Origin: Eledone cirrhosa
Lineage: Eukaryota
Length of the DNA: 64,000 bases
Reading direction: 5' to 3'
Assembly: GCA_964016885.1 (NCBI GenBank)
Contig: OZ024746.1
Span: forward strand, 5,766,001-5,830,000
The notes beneath the pieces were generated by a model. The model was not told where the DNA came from and made no database searches. It saw only the letters and a list, made by a program, of their open reading frames with translations. Shown piece by piece: positions 37,823 through 54,203 of the stretch (within the stretch, counting starts at the first letter, position 1; every line of letters begins with the position of its first letter). The translations under genes and the position numbers were made by a program.

Positions 37823-39390
37823 GAAAGAGCATTTAATATAATTGCATTTATGTATTGCTTTTACGCATAAACATCACTCATATAATTCCCCGTGTATACA
37901 CACTTATCTCTGCATCACAGATATTTATAAATGTAAGTATATATTATATCATATTAAATATGTATATATATAAATGTGTGTGTGTCTGTGTTTGTTTCTC
38001 TGTTATTATTGCTAATGAATAGCTGTCAACTCATCCTAGAAAATTATACAAGGGAGTTAATCACATCTCTAAACGAAATTCCCGTGCCCAGAATATTACT
38101 TTTAATAATTCATTCTAGTCTGCGATATATCATATATGTTGTATCGTTCCTTCAGTCATTTTTTATTCAATTATTTATGCACTTATTCATGTTTCCCAGT
38201 TTTATATTAAATATACAATAATAACAGTTAGGAAACTTGTACTTTCAATCATAAACGTTATGTCTACCAACGACGAATTACATGGATATACTCTTTTTCC
38301 CTTTATGGTTTGAGACTTGTATCTTAATACATGGGAATATTACTTAAGAATATTTGGTACTACACTCATATATTAAATCTGGTTTATTACTCTCACCATA
38401 TTGCAGTTTTGGTGGTCTTATTCATGCCAGCCACCAATTTGGTACGTTCTCCAACCCGCGAAGACTAGGCTCTTTTAGAGGCGGCCTTTACTCGCTTCAT
38501 CATACTTACGTCACTGGGTTGCGAGAGGTTTGTGTGAGCTACAGGTGTAACCCTTTTCTCCATCTCTCCTTATAGTTTACCGCTGTTGGTCCAGGGTTGA
38601 TTATTCGACCGGCTTCTGTCACAATTAAACATTATATCTGGTGGTCGTATCGTTATCCGCCACCTGCGACCCGTTCTCTAGCAGAACAGTTCTGCCGAGA
38701 ATCTATGAAATATGTTTATCTTTAATTTACTATTGTGAGTTTCGGCAATGTGAAGTAAGTATATATTTCTTTTAGCAATAATCTTTCAGTACATCAATAT
38801 ACAAACCGGCCATATTTTCCCCTTGGTGTTAATTGAAATTTACATACATTGACTAAGGTTTATGTCATTCATCGTTTCAGTTCACTTGAAATATATAAAT
38901 ATCCATGCAAGAAAATCATTAAATCAATAATGTGTCAGTGTAATTAGAGAAATTATGTTATTCAAACTCATTAATCAGAAAGACTTCGACGCTTTGATGT
39001 TATGTAATACATCTCTTAATAATTACGAAATTTCCCTGAAGGTATCTGGATATCACATATGTGAATATTTAAAGCAATCATTGCAAGTAAGTAAACACTT
39101 GAGGATTATGCCGTGTTCTCCCTGTATACAGCAATATATTGTACTGGGCAGTTATACAGATATCAGTGTAATATATTGGGGGTAATGAGAGATAGGGATG
39201 TGTTCTACACGTTTAACATCGAGGATAATTTAATGATTAACGACACGTTATCAGTCTATAGTCTAACGTCGTCTTTGCTAATTTCGATCCTTTAAAATCT
39301 TATAGATGAATTGTACACTTGTCCGTTATTAGAAGCTAAGATCGAATCTAATTAATCTGTGAAAGGTCTCCTAGCTCTACATATTTACTG

Positions 39391-39581
39391 TTGGATTGGC
39401 AGTATCGGTAGAGGGTCGGACGCCATGCTTTGCAGCAAAAGAGTTACGGCCCTTTATGATCTGAGTTCAAATCCTGCCGAGGTTAACTTTGCCTTTCATC
39501 CTTACGGGGTCGATAAAATAAAGTACCAGTAATACACTGGGATAATTGCTGACCTTGTGCCAAAAGTAGAAACAATTATTA
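39391..39581 (+). mobile_element. Nin-SINE, short form, full length
   Basis: A/B boxes, Nin core, AGAAACAATTATT tail. Confidence 0.9.
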
Positions 39582-39680
39582 TATTAACACGCACACACAC
39601 ACAAACACACATATATATATATGTATAGATGTATGTATGTATGTATGTATGTATGTATGTATGTATGTATATAACATCTA

Positions 39681-39788
39681 ACAGAAACCGGTTGGCGCCG
39701 CGGTTGGGATTTTACATATCTCTATACCCACTCTGCATTGAGTACGTCCATGATTAGTGGTCTTCCAGTCTCAGCACACCGCAGGCTC

Positions 39789-39791
<3 letters not shown>
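39681..39791 (+). mobile_element. Family K truncated end with hammerhead 3' half
   Basis: GAAA-CCG-gttggcgccg-CGG-TT-ggga; ACTCT..GAGTAC tail motif; ends in (TA)n. Confidence 0.5.
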
Positions 39792-39862
<71 letters not shown>

Positions 39863-41249
39863 TGTATGTAAGTGTGAATGTATGCATGTATGTATATTTA
39901 TATGGAATTTGTAATTGTTCTCTGATTTAAACTACACAAAACATACATATCATTCGACTTGGTGATTAAACAGGAATAGATAGTTTTTCCTGTGGAGGTC
40001 GTGTAAATGGCAATAATAAAGTTTCTACTTCTTTGCTCTATTCTAGTTCTTTACTTTAAGAATTGCTTCTCCCATCCTCCTCCCCAAAACATATAAATTT
40101 AGCTTTCAATCAGTTAGAAAAGTGTTGACAACTCTTATAACAGCAATGAAATCAGAAGTAATTCAGAGAAAAGTTTCAGTACGTTTCAACATGTCGTACA
40201 GATGAATAACTATTATTATTTGCTTATTTCAGCTGGACTCTGTACATAAACAATTACCTAGTAATCTATCTAATTCGCTAAGTTAGAGAAATATTATGTC
40301 CAGAACCTGTGGTTATCACGGACAGACGAATTCTATGAAAGAAAGAGAAAGCCTTGAAATTATCGAAAACAAAGAATGTTTAAATTTAAGGAACATATTA
40401 AATACTACAATTTGCCTCTAAATCTAGAAATTAGAATACATTTTCTCTTTACTAAAATACGTTTCTTTTTATATTATGTATTTACATTTGAAAGTTTTAC
40501 ATATTCTTTCGAGATTCTTGAGTTGTTGGTTTCTTTGTTTGACCACGTTAGCAAAACATCATTACAGTTTACTCAAATCTAGCTTTCAATCACTCGTTTT
40601 CCACACGTCAAATATACTATTCTCGTTACGGTCTTTATTTTCCTTATAACGTATTGTAAATTATATATTACATATATATATAACATAATAAGTTCATGCA
40701 GGTCTTCCTGTACTGCGTCTCCCGAGAGTTGGTTCCCACAATAGTAACTTTCTACTTACTTCTCTAGAAATGTCCTGCAAATTTTAACCGTCTTTGAGCA
40801 ATTGCCGTTGTTATCTTTGGCAAGTTTAGGTATACAACTTCATTTGTAGTAGGTTGAGACCAGTTTATGTTTTGTACAACCCTAAGCAATTTAGCGATAT
40901 ATCAAACTTCAGAAACGGCTCTGACCAAATTTGTTGAAGATTTGTGAAAAGTAATGAAGGATTTCATCTTCGCGAGCATCTGAATGTGAACAAATTAAAA
41001 TCTGTTAGAAAAGTAAGCAGTAAATTTCTGATTAAAACCATCGGATAAAGCTTGATATCAGTAGCTTGATGTATTTAATATTGTTTTGTGTCTCCAGTGA
41101 TTTTCAAATATGTCTTGGAATCTAGCATGATTTATATTAGAGGATGTTCCTTTTCAACTTGCTAACAGATTCGGAAGAGCATCAGGAGCTTAGAGAATAT
41201 TGGTTGTGAGAGAAAACTGCTGGATTCTGACCAATACCCACAAACAGAA

Positions 41250-41590
41250 CAGAACAACCAAATTCATATTAAACAGAAAACTCTGACTACTACACTCCAG
41301 CTTTAGGAAATGACGGTCGTCAAAATAATGAGAATAATGTAAAGTGAACTTCGTATGGAAAAACATTGCCAAGTTGTTTCTTTCTTCCTATGGTACAGCG
41401 GCTGGAAACATACAACTGGTAAGGCTTTCACATACAAGTGCCTCAGAAGGCTTCTATGTATTTCGTACAGTGAACACGAGACAGACTGCTTTGTGATATG
41501 GCTCATCACTCTTATGTCTCAACATCACGTAATGAAAGATAAGGATCACTGGTGATTTGAGACAGCCAAAGTGTCTAAAGTGGTACGTTA
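41250..41590 (+). mobile_element. Decayed RTE LINE fragment
   Basis: KAFTYKCLRRLLCISYSEHETDCFV resembles the RTE C-terminal motif. Confidence 0.6.
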
Positions 41591-41763
41591 AATAATACAA
41601 AAATACAACACAATACGAGTATCGACACTCTAATAAACAATGAATAACTGATGGAAGTTAGAGCTAGAGTTAGAAAATCACATTTTCCGTCTCATAAAAT
41701 TGCTTCTAATCTAATTCAAATATCTTTACCAGAGGTCCCGAAAATTACAGCTGGTCTAAGTTT

Positions 41764-41831
<68 letters not shown>

Positions 41832-41835
41832 TACT

Positions 41836-41910
41836 AGTAAAGATTGATCTTTTAGGGTGAAAGCAGAAATTCATTGCTTAAACAGTTAATCTATACTAAT
41901 AGTAAATATT
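41836..41910 (+). mobile_element. Family D end, degenerate
   Basis: AGGGTGAAAGCAGAAATTCATTGCTTAAAC after (TA)n. Confidence 0.55.
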
Positions 41911-41991
41911 TGCCCTACAGGTCTATATATACTTACATATATAAAAAAACCCTTATCGAGTCCTCATTGGATTTCGGTCTTTGTATTCATT

Positions 41992-42184
41992 GGTGGATTG
42001 GCAGTATTGGTAGAGGGTCGGACGCCATGCTTTGACGCATAGAGTTACGGCCTTTGCCATTCTGAGTTCAAATCCCGCCGAGGTTAACTTTGCCTTTCAT
42101 CCTTACGGGGTCGATAAAATAAAGTACCAGTAATGCACTGGGTAATTGCTGGCCTTGTGCCAAACGTAGAAACAATTATTATTA
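41992..42184 (+). mobile_element. Nin-SINE, short form, full length
   Basis: GGTGGATTGGCAGTATTGGTAGAG head, B box, Nin core, tail. Confidence 0.9.
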
Positions 42185-42201
42185 TATATACTATATATAT
42201 A

Positions 42202-42340
<139 letters not shown>

Positions 42341-42733
42341 GTGTGTGAATATGTGTTCGTCTGTGTGGATAAGGTGTCATTAGTCATTGAATATTATTAA
42401 GCTCAATATTTAACTGCATATTCAATATTTTAGAGGTATATAGTGGAAATATTATTCATATGATTAATATATGTATGCTTTCCCGATGTGTGCCTGCCTT
42501 GATGCGTATATACCCGATGTGCTGCAGTCAATATTGCGCAGTATTTACACATATTACATATAGTTTTGCATCTGAATACGATCGAATCTTCATATATGCC
42601 GCAAAAGAATAATATGCATATCTATTGATCATATGAAGTTTTCAAAATGAAGCATGCCTATAGATACAACATACATAACATACACAATATAATATATGCA
42701 TATATATATATATATATACACCCACAAATATAC

Positions 42734-42778
<45 letters not shown>

Positions 42779-43152
42779 CATATATATGTTCCTGATATCA
42801 AATCTTATAAAACCTGATATAAGAAACCTTTTCTCAGTATGTCCATCTCCCATGTGTGGATCAGTGTGTGTGTATAGATATGCATATATACATATATACA
42901 TACACATATACATACACACGAACACACACACTCACACACACACACACACACACACACATACAGACGTACACACACACACACACACGTACAGAAGCGTGCC
43001 TAGTTGTACGAAAAATTAGGTTAAATATTCGTCTCATGTAATCATAGGCAGACGCAAGTTTGTAAGACGTTCATCAAAGTATATGTTGGAATTCACGAGA
43101 AAGTTCTCAATAACTAACAGCTTTATATGTTTCTGATTACGAAGCATGTAAA

Positions 43153-46100
43153 GTAAGAAACACACACCAGTCATCTAATACACCAGTCACACACCAGTCA
43201 AGAAACACACACCAGTCATCTAATACACCAGTCACACACCAGTCAAGAAACACACACCAGTCATCTAATACACCAGTCACACACCAGTCAAGAAACACAC
43301 ACCAGTCATCTAATACATCAGTCACACACCAGTCAAGAAACACACACCAGTCATCTAATACACCAGTCACACACCAGTCAAGAAACACACACCAGTCATC
43401 TAATACATCAGTCACACACCAGTCAAGAAACACACACCAGTCATCTAATACACCAGTCACACACCAGTCAAGAAACACACACCAGTCATCTAATACACCA
43501 GTCACACACCAGTCACACACCAGTCAAGAAACACACACCAGTCATCTAATACACCAGTCACACACCAGTCAAGAAACACACACCAGTCATCTAATACACC
43601 AGTCACACACCAATCAAGAAACACACACCAGTCATCTAATACACCAGTCACACACCAGTCACACACCAGTCAAGAAACACACACCAGTCATCTAATACAC
43701 CAGTCACACACCAATCAAGAAACACACACCAGTCATCTAATACACCAGTCACACACCAATCAAGAAACACACACCAGTCATCTAATACACCAGTCACACA
43801 CCAGTCAAGAAAAACACACCAGTCATCTAATACACCAGTCACACACCAGTCAAGAAACACACACCAGTCATCTAATACACCAGTCACACACCAGTCAAGA
43901 AACACACACCAGTCATCTAATACACCAGTCACACACCAATCAAGAAACACACACCAGTCATCTAATACACCAGTCACACACCAGTCACACACCAGTCAAG
44001 AAACACACACCAGTTATCTAATACACCAGTCACACACCAATCAAGAAACACAGACCAGTCATCTAATACACCAGTCACACATCAATCAAGAAACACACAC
44101 CAGTCATCTAATACACCAGTCACAAACCAGTCAAGAAACACACACCAGTCATCTAATACACCAGTCACACACCAGTCAAGAAACACACACCAGTCATCTA
44201 ATACATCAGTCACACACCAATCAAGAAACACACACCAGTCATTTAATACACCAGTCACACACCAGTCAAGAAACACACACCAGTCATCTAATACACCAGT
44301 CATCTAATACACCAGTCACACACCAGTCACACAGCAGTCAAGAAACACACACCAGTCATCTAATACACCAGTCACACACCAGTCAAGAAACACACACCAG
44401 TAATCTAATACACCAGTCACACACCAGTCAAGAAACACACACCAGTCACACACCAGTCACACACCAGTCAAGAAACACACACCAGTCATCTAATACACCA
44501 GTCACACAGCAGTCAAGAAACACACACCAGTAATCTAATACACCATTCACAAACCAGTCAAGAAACACACACCAGCCATCTAATACACCAGTCACACACC
44601 AGTCAAGAAACACACACCTGTCACACACCAGTCACACACCAGTCAAGAAACACACACCAGTCATCTAATACACCAGTCACACACCAGTCAGGAAACACAC
44701 AACAGCCATCTAATACACCAGTCACACACCAGTCAAGAAACACACACCAGCCATCTAATACACCAGTCACAAACCAGTCAAGAAACACACACCAGCCATC
44801 TAATACACCAGTCACACACCAATCAAGAAACACACTCCAGTCATCTAATACACCAGTCACACACCAGTCAAGAAACACACATCAGTCATCTAATACACCA
44901 GTCACACACCAGTCAAGAAACACACACCAGTCATCTAATACACCAGTCACACACCAGTCAAGAAACACACACCAGTCTACTAATACACCAGTTATCTAAT
45001 ACACCAGTCACACACCAGTCAAGAAACAGGTACCAGTTATCTAATACACCAGTCACACACCAGTCACACACCAGTCAAGAAACACACACCAGTCATCTAA
45101 TACACCAGTCACACACCAGTCAAGAAACACACACCAGTCATCTAATACACCAGTCACACACCAATCAAGAAACACACACCAGTCATCTAATACACCAGTC
45201 ACACACCAGTCAAGAAACACACTTCAATCATCTAATACACCAGTCACACACCAGTCACACACCAGTCAAGAAACACACACCAGTCATCTAATACACCAGT
45301 CACACAACAGTCAAGAAACACACTCCAGTCATCTAATACACCAGTCACACACCAGTCACACACCAGTCAAGAAACACACTCCAGTCATCTAATACACCAG
45401 TCACACAACAGTCACACACCAGTCAAGAAACACACACCAGTCATCTAATACACCAGTCACACACCAGTCAAGAAACACACTTCAGTCATCTAATACACCA
45501 GTCACACACCAGTCACACACCAGTCAAGAAACACACACCAGTCATCTAATACACCAGTCACACAACAGTCAAGAAACACACTCCAGTCATCTAATACACC
45601 AGTCACACACCAGTCACACACCAGTCAAGAAACACACTCCAGTCATCTAATACACCAGTCACACAACAGTCACACACCAATCAAGAAACACAGACCAGTC
45701 ATCTAATACACCAGTCACACACCAGTCAAGAAACACACTCCAGTCATCTAATACACCAGTCACACACCAGTCACACACCAGTCAAGAAACACACTCCAGT
45801 CATCTAATACACCAGTCACACAACAGTCACACACCAATCAAGAAACACAGACCAGTCATCTAATACACCAGTCACACACCAGTCAAGAAACACACTCCAG
45901 TCATCTAATACACCAGTCACACACCAGTCACACACCAGTCAAGAAACACACTCCAGTCATCTAATACACCAGTCACACACCAGTCACACACCAATCAAGA
46001 AACACACATCAGTCATCTAATATACCAGTCACACACCAATCAAGAAACACACACCAGTCATCTAATACACCAGTCACACACCAATCAAGAAACACACACC

Positions 46101-49100
46101 AGTCATCTAATACACCAGTCACACCCCAGTCAAGAGACACACACCAGTCATCCAATAGACCAGTCACACACCAGTCACACACCAGTCAAGAAACACACAC
46201 CAGTCATCTAATACACCAGTCACACACCAGTCAAGAAACACACACCAGTCATCTAATACATCAGTCACACACCAGTCAAGAAACACACACCAGTCATCTA
46301 ATACACTAGTCACACACCAGTCAAGAAACACACACCAGTCATCTAATACACCAGTCCACACCAGTCACACACCAGTCAAGAAACACACACCAGTCACACA
46401 CCAGTCAAGAAACACACACCAGTCATCTAATACACCAGTCACACACCAATCAAGAAAGACACAGCAGTCATCTAATATACCAGTCACACACCAGTCAAGA
46501 AACACACATCAGTCAGCTAATACACCAGTCACACACCAGTCACACACCAATCAAGAAACACACACAAGTCATCTAATACACCAGTCACACACCAATCAAG
46601 AAACACACACCAGTCATCTAATACACCAGTCACACACCAATCAAGAAACACACACCAGTCATCTAATACACCAGTCAGACACCAATCAAGAAAAACACAC
46701 CAGTCATCTAATACACCAGTCACACACCAGTCACATACCAGTCAAGAAACACACTTCAGTCATCTAATACACCAGTCACACACCAGTCACAAACCAGTCA
46801 AGAAACACACACCAGTCATCTAATACACCAGTCACACAACAGTCAAGAAACACATTCCAGTCATCTAATACACCAGTGACACACCAGTCACACACCAGTC
46901 AAGAAACACACTCCAGTCATCTAATACACCAGTCACGCAACAGTCACACACCAATCAAGAAACACACACCAGTCATCTAATACACCAGTCACACACCAGT
47001 CAAGAAACACACTCCAGTCATCTAATACACCAGTCACACACCAGTCAAGAAACACACTCCAGTCATCTAATACACCAGTCACACACCAGTCACACACCAA
47101 TCAAGAAACACACATCAGTCATCTAATACACCAGTCACACACCAATCAAGAAACACACACCAGTCATCTAATACACCAGTCACACCCCAGTCAAGAGACA
47201 CACACCAGTCATCTAATACACCAGTCACACACCAGTCACACACCAGTCAAGAAACCCACACCAGTCATCTAATACACCAGTCACACACCAATCAAGAAAC
47301 ACACACCAGTCATCTAATATACCAGTCACACACCAGTCAAGAAACACACACCAGTCATCTAATATACCAGTAACACACCAGTCAAGAAACACACACCAGT
47401 CATCTAATACACCAGTCACACACTAGTCAAGAAACACACACCAACCATCTAATACATCAGTCACACACCAGTCAAGAAACACACACCAGTCATCTAATAC
47501 ATCAGTCACACACCAGTCAAGAAACACACACCAGTCATCTAATACACCAGTCACACACCAGTCAAGAAACACACACCAGTCATCTAATACATCAGTCACA
47601 CACCAGTCAAGAAACACACACCAGTCATCTAATACACCAGACACACACCAGTCACACAGCAGTCAAGAAACACACACCAGTCATCTAATACACCAGTCAC
47701 ACATCAGTCAAGAAACACACACCAGTCATCTAATACACCAGTCAAGAAACACACTCCAGTCATCTAATCCACCAGTCACACACACCAGTCAAGAAACACA
47801 CACGAGCCATCTAATACACCAGTCACACACCAGTCAAGAAACACACACCAGTCATCTAATACACCAGTCACACACCAGTCAAGAAACACACACCAGCCAT
47901 CTAATACACCAGTCACACACCAGTCAAGAAACACACACCAGTCATCTAATAGACCAGTCACACCCCAGTCAAGAAACACACACCAGTCATCTAATACATC
48001 AGTCACACACCAGTCAAGAAACACACACCAGTCATCTAATAGACCAGTCACACACCAGTCAAGAAACACACACCAGTCATCTAATACACCAGTCACACAC
48101 CAGTCAAGAAACACACACCAGCCATCTAATATACCAGTCACACACCAGTCAAGAAACACACACCAGTCATCTAATAGACCAGTCACACACCAGTCAAGAA
48201 ACACACACCAGCCATCTAATACACCAGTCACACACCAATCAAGAAACACACTCCAGTCATCTAATACACCAGTCACACACCAGTCAAGAAACACACATCA
48301 GTCATCTAATACACCAGTCACACACCAGTCAAGAAACACACACCAGTCATCTAATACACCAGTCACACACCAGTCAAGAAACACACACCAGTCTACTAAT
48401 ACACCAGTTATCTAATACACCAGTCACACACCAGTCAAGAAACAGGTACCAGTTATCTAATACACCAGTCACACACCAGTCACACACCAGTCAAGAAACA
48501 CACACCAGTCATCTAATACACCAGTCACACACCAGTCAAGAAACACACACCAGTCATCTAATACACCAGTCACACACCAATCAAGAAACACACACCAGTC
48601 ATCTAATACACCAGTCACACACCAGTCAAGAAACACACTTCAATCATCTAATACACCAGTCACACACCAGTCACACACCAGTCAAGAAACACACACCAGT
48701 CATCTAATACACCAGTCACACAACAGTCAAGAAACACACTCCAGTCATCTAATACACCAGTCACACACCAGTCACACACCAGTCAAGAAACACACTCCAG
48801 TCATCTAATACACCAGTCACACAACAGTCACACACCAGTCAAGAAACACACACCAGTCATCTAATACACCAGTCACACACCAGTCAAGAAACACACTTCA
48901 GTCATCTAATACACCAGTCACACACCAGTCACACACCAGTCAAGAAACACACACCAGTCATCTAATACACCAGTCACACAACAGTCAAGAAACACACTCC
49001 AGTCATCTAATACACCAGTCACACACCAGTCACACACCAGTCAAGAAACACACTCCAGTCATCTAATACACCAGTCACACAACAGTCACACACCAATCAA

Positions 49101-52100
49101 GAAACACAGACCAGTCATCTAATACACCAGTCACACACTAGTCAAGAAACACACTCCAGTCATCTAATACACCAGTCACACACCAGTCACACACCAGTCA
49201 AGAAACACACTCCAGTCATCTAATACACCAGTCACACACCAGTCACACACCAATCAAGAAACACACATCAGTCATCTAATATACCAGTCACACACCAATC
49301 AAGAAACACACACCAGTCATCTAATACACCAGTCACACACCAATCAAGAAACACACACCAGTCATCTAATACACCAGTCACACCCCAGTCAAGAGACACA
49401 CACCAGTCATCCAATAGACCAGTCACACACCAGTCACACACCAGTCAAGAAACACACACCAGTCATCTAATACACCAGTCACACACCAGTCAAGAAACAC
49501 ACACCAGTCATCTAATACATCAGTCACACACCAGTCAAGAAACACACACCAGTCATCTAATACACTAGTCACACACCAGTCAAGAAACACACACCAGTCA
49601 TCTAATACACCAGTCCACACCAGTCACACACCAGTCAAGAAACACACACCAGTCACACACCAGTCAAGAAACACACACCAGTCATCTAATACACCAGTCA
49701 CACACCAATCAAGAAAGACTCAGCAGTCATCTAATATACCAGTCACACACCAGTCAAGAAACACACATCAGTCAGCTAATACACCAGTCACACACCAGTC
49801 ACACACCAATCAAGAAACACACACAAGTCATCTAATACACCAGTCACACACCAATCAAGAAACACACACCAGTCATCTAATACACCAGTCACACACCAAT
49901 CAAGAAACACACACCAGTCATCTAATACACCAGTCAGACACCAATCAAGAAAAACACACCAGTCATCTAATACACCAGTCACACACCAGTCACATACCAG
50001 TCAAGAAACACACTTCAGTCATCTAATACACCAGTCACACACCAGTCACAAACCAGTCAAGAAACACACACCAGTCATCTAATACACCAGTCACACAACA
50101 GTCAAGAAACACATTCCAGTCATCTAATACACCAGTGACACACCAGTCACACACCAGTCAAGAAACACACTCCAGTCATCTAATACACCAGTCACGCAAC
50201 AGTCACACACCAATCAAGAAACACACACCAGTCATCTAATACACCAGTCACACACCAGTCAAGAAACACACTCCAGTCATCTAATACACCAGTCACACAC
50301 CAGTCAAGAAACACACTCCAGTCATCTAATACACCAGTCACACACCAGTCACACACCAATCAAGAAACACACATCAGTCATCTAATACACCAGTCACACA
50401 CCAATCAAGAAACACACACCAGTCATCTAATACACCAGTCACACCCCAGTCAAGAGACACACACCAGTCATCTAATACACCAGTCACACACCAGTCACAC
50501 ACCAGTCAAGAAACCCACACCAGTCATCTAATACACCAGTCACACACCAATCAAGAAACACACACCAGTCATCTAATATACCAGTCACACACCAGTCAAG
50601 AAACACACACCAGTCATCTAATATACCAGTAACACACCAGTCAAGAAACACACACCAGTCATCTAATACACCAGTCACACACTAGTCAAGAAACACACAC
50701 CAACCATCTAATACATCAGTCACACACCAGTCAAGAAACACACACCAGTCATCTAATACATCAGTCACACACCAGTCAAGAAACACACACCAGTCATCTA
50801 ATACACCAGTCACACACCAGTCAAGAAACACACACCAGTCATCTAATACATCAGTCACACACCAGTCAAGAAACACACACCAGTCATCTAATACACCAGA
50901 CACACACCAGTCACACAGCAGTCAAGAAACACACACCAGTCATCTAATACACCAGTCACACATCAGTCAAGAAACACACACCAGTCATCTAATACACCAG
51001 TCAAGAAACACACTCCAGTCATCTAATCCACCAGTCACACACACCAGTCAAGAAACACACACGAGCCATCTAATACACCAGTCACACACCAGTCAAGAAA
51101 CACACACCAGTCATCTAATACACCAGTCACACACCAGTCAAGAAACACACACCAGCCATCTAATACACCAGTCACACACCAGTCAAGAAACACACACCAG
51201 TCATCTAATAGACCAGTCACACCCCAGTCAAGAAACACACACCAGTCATCTAATACATCAGTCACACACCAGTCAAGAAACACACACCAGTCATCTAATA
51301 GACCAGTCACACACCAGTCAAGAAACACACACCAGTCATCTAATACACCAGTCACACACCAGTCAAGAAACACACACCAGCCATCTAATATACCAGTCAC
51401 ACACCAGTCAAGAAACACACACCAGTCATCTAATAGACCAGTCACACACCAGTCAAGAAACACACACCAGTCATCTAATAGACCAGTCACACACCAGTCA
51501 AGAAACCCACACCAGTCATCTAATACACCAGTCACACACCAGTCAAGGAACACACACCAGTCATCTAATACATCAGTCACACACCAATGAAGAAACACAC
51601 ACCAGTCATCTAATACACCAGTCACACACCAGTCAAGAAACACACACCAGTCATCTAATACACCAGTCACACACCAGTCAAGAAACACACACCAGTCATC
51701 TAATAGACCAGTCACACACCAGTCAAGAAACACACACCAGCCATCTAATAGACCATTCACACACCAGTCAAGAAACACACACCAGTCATCTAATACATCA
51801 GTCACACACCAGTCAAGAAACACACACCAGTCATCTAATACACCAGTCACACACCAGTCAAGAAACACACACCAGTCATCTAATACATCAGTCACACACC
51901 AATGAAGAAACACACACCAGTCATCTAATACACCAGTCACACACCAGTCAAGAAACACACACCAGTCATCTAATACACCAGTCACACACCAGTCAAGAAA
52001 CACACACCAGTCATCTAATACATCAGTCACACACCAGTCAAGAAACACACACCAGTCATCTAATACACCAGTCATCTAATACACCAGTCACACACCAGTC

Positions 52101-52870
52101 AAGAAACACACACCAGTCATCTAATACACCAGTCACACACCAATCAAGAAAGACACACCAGTTATCTAATACACCAGTCACACACCAGTCATCTAATAGA
52201 CCAGTCACACACCAGTCAAGAAACACACACCAGTCATCTAATACACCAGTCACACACCAGTCAAGAAACACACACCAGTCATCTAATACACCAGTCACAC
52301 ACCAGTCAAGAAACACACACCAGTCATCTAATACATCAGTCACACACCAGTCAAGAAACACACACCAGTCATCTAATACATCAGTCACACACCAGTCAAG
52401 AAACACACACCAGTCATCTAATACACCAGTCACACACCAATCAAGAAACACACACCAGTCATCTAATACACCAGTCACACACCAATCAAGAAACACACAC
52501 CAGTCATCTAATACATCAGTCACACACCAGTCAAGAAACACACACCAGTCATCTAATACACCAGTCACACACCAGTCAAGAAACACACGCCAGTCATCTA
52601 ATACATCAGTCACACCCCAGTCAAGAAACACACACCAGTTATCTAATACACCAGTCACACACCAGTCACACACCAGTCAAGAAACACACACCAGTCATCT
52701 ACTACACCAGTCACACACCAGTCACACACCAATCAAGAAACACACACCAGTCATCTAATACACTAGTCACACACCAGTCACACACCAGTCAAGAAACACA
52801 CACCAGTCATCTACTACACCAGTCACACACCAGTCACACACCAGTCAAGAAACACACACCAATCATCTAA
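43153..52870. repeat. Satellite, 45-bp unit built from 18+16+11-bp CCAGTCA subunits, ~9.7 kb
   Basis: CCAGTCAAGAAACACACA-CCAGTCATCTAATACA-CCAGTCACACA; 15-aa period in the ORF track. Confidence 0.97.
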
Positions 52871-53037
52871 TATCTACAATATTTCTTGTATTGATCTGTG
52901 TCTCTTGTTGGCCATGTGCATTTGTTACATGGTATGTGTGTGGATATACGAAGAGAGAGACAGATAGAGAGACAGATAGAGAGAGACAGAAAGAACGAGA
53001 GAAAGATAGAGAGAGACAGAGAGAAAGAGCGAGAGGT

Positions 53038-53086
<49 letters not shown>

Positions 53087-53219
53087 TAAACCCTCCCTAA
53101 AGTTTTATTTTGCTGTTGTGTTTTTTTTTTCACTGGAATCCTAACTCTAATACATTTACACACCTCCTATTTTGTACTCATATATAGTAATAAGCTGATT
53201 CACTTGCATTTAAACATAG

Positions 53220-53283
<64 letters not shown>

Positions 53284-53321
53284 CATATATATATGTGTGT
53301 GTGTGTATATGTATATACACT

Positions 53322-53386
<65 letters not shown>

Positions 53387-53436
53387 TATATATATATGTA
53401 TACACATATACATATATATCTATATATATATATACT

Positions 53437-53648
53437 CAGGTTGAGCGTAAACTCTTTCCCTGATTATAAAACACCATATCTCGGATACTATTTGAGATTT
53501 TACTTTTTCATTGTTTTAATTTATAAATTTCAATTTTAAAGTTTGTCTGAACATCTTTTACAGTTTCTCTTCTAAATCTGTTTTTCTATCTTGTTTAAGT
53601 TTTTACTAATAAAGGTTTATAATCAGGGAAATACTTTATGAGCACGCT

Positions 53649-53649
<1 letters not shown>
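53437..53649. mobile_element. Tc1/mariner-type MITE
   Basis: Imperfect TIRs CAGGTTGAGCGTAAACTCTTTCCCTGATTATAAA / TTTATAATCAGGGAAATACTTTATGAGCACGCTG in TA context. Confidence 0.7.
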
Positions 53650-53716
<67 letters not shown>

Positions 53717-53759
53717 CTATAGATAGATAAATAGATAGATAGATACATATATATATATA

Positions 53760-53822
53760 GTTTTAATATAGATGAGATTCTACAGGACTAGAACTGTTCA
53801 TTCTTTAGAAATCATCAGGAAT
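53760..53822 (-). mobile_element. Family B hammerhead fragment (GAAA reduced to GAA)
   Basis: Reverse complement ATTC-CTGATGA-tttctaaagaat-GAACAG...CTGTAGAATCTC; in (TA)n. Confidence 0.72.
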
Positions 53823-54203
53823 ATATATATATATATATACATTAGACGTTTACAGATATCTTCATATCATATATATATATCATGGATTTAATGTTTATAA
53901 TTTTAGAATTTATCAATATTTCTATAAAACCATTGTATGTTTGTTCGAAATTTCTGGATTGCAAGATAACTTGTTCCACTGTTGTTATTGTTGTTACGTT
54001 ACCAATCTAATAACACTTCATTATATATAAATACTATATTTTCAATCCCAATTGCAACTAATTTAATGTTAGACTGTGAACTCACTCAATACTTTATTTC
54101 ATCATTATAAAAGATCATGTTTCTCTTGTTCATATATTCAACATGATAAATGTTCAAAGAATAGGTGATTCTCTGAGCTAAAAGCATTATTTTCTTTGAT
54201 CTA

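Noticed and set aside
41992-42080. tRNA gene (A and B boxes)
   Set aside because: Head of a multi-copy SINE; no full cloverleaf
43137-52673. Cys/Trp-rich DWCVTGVLDDWCVFL ORFs
   Set aside because: 45-bp satellite with frequent 11-bp frame-shifting indels
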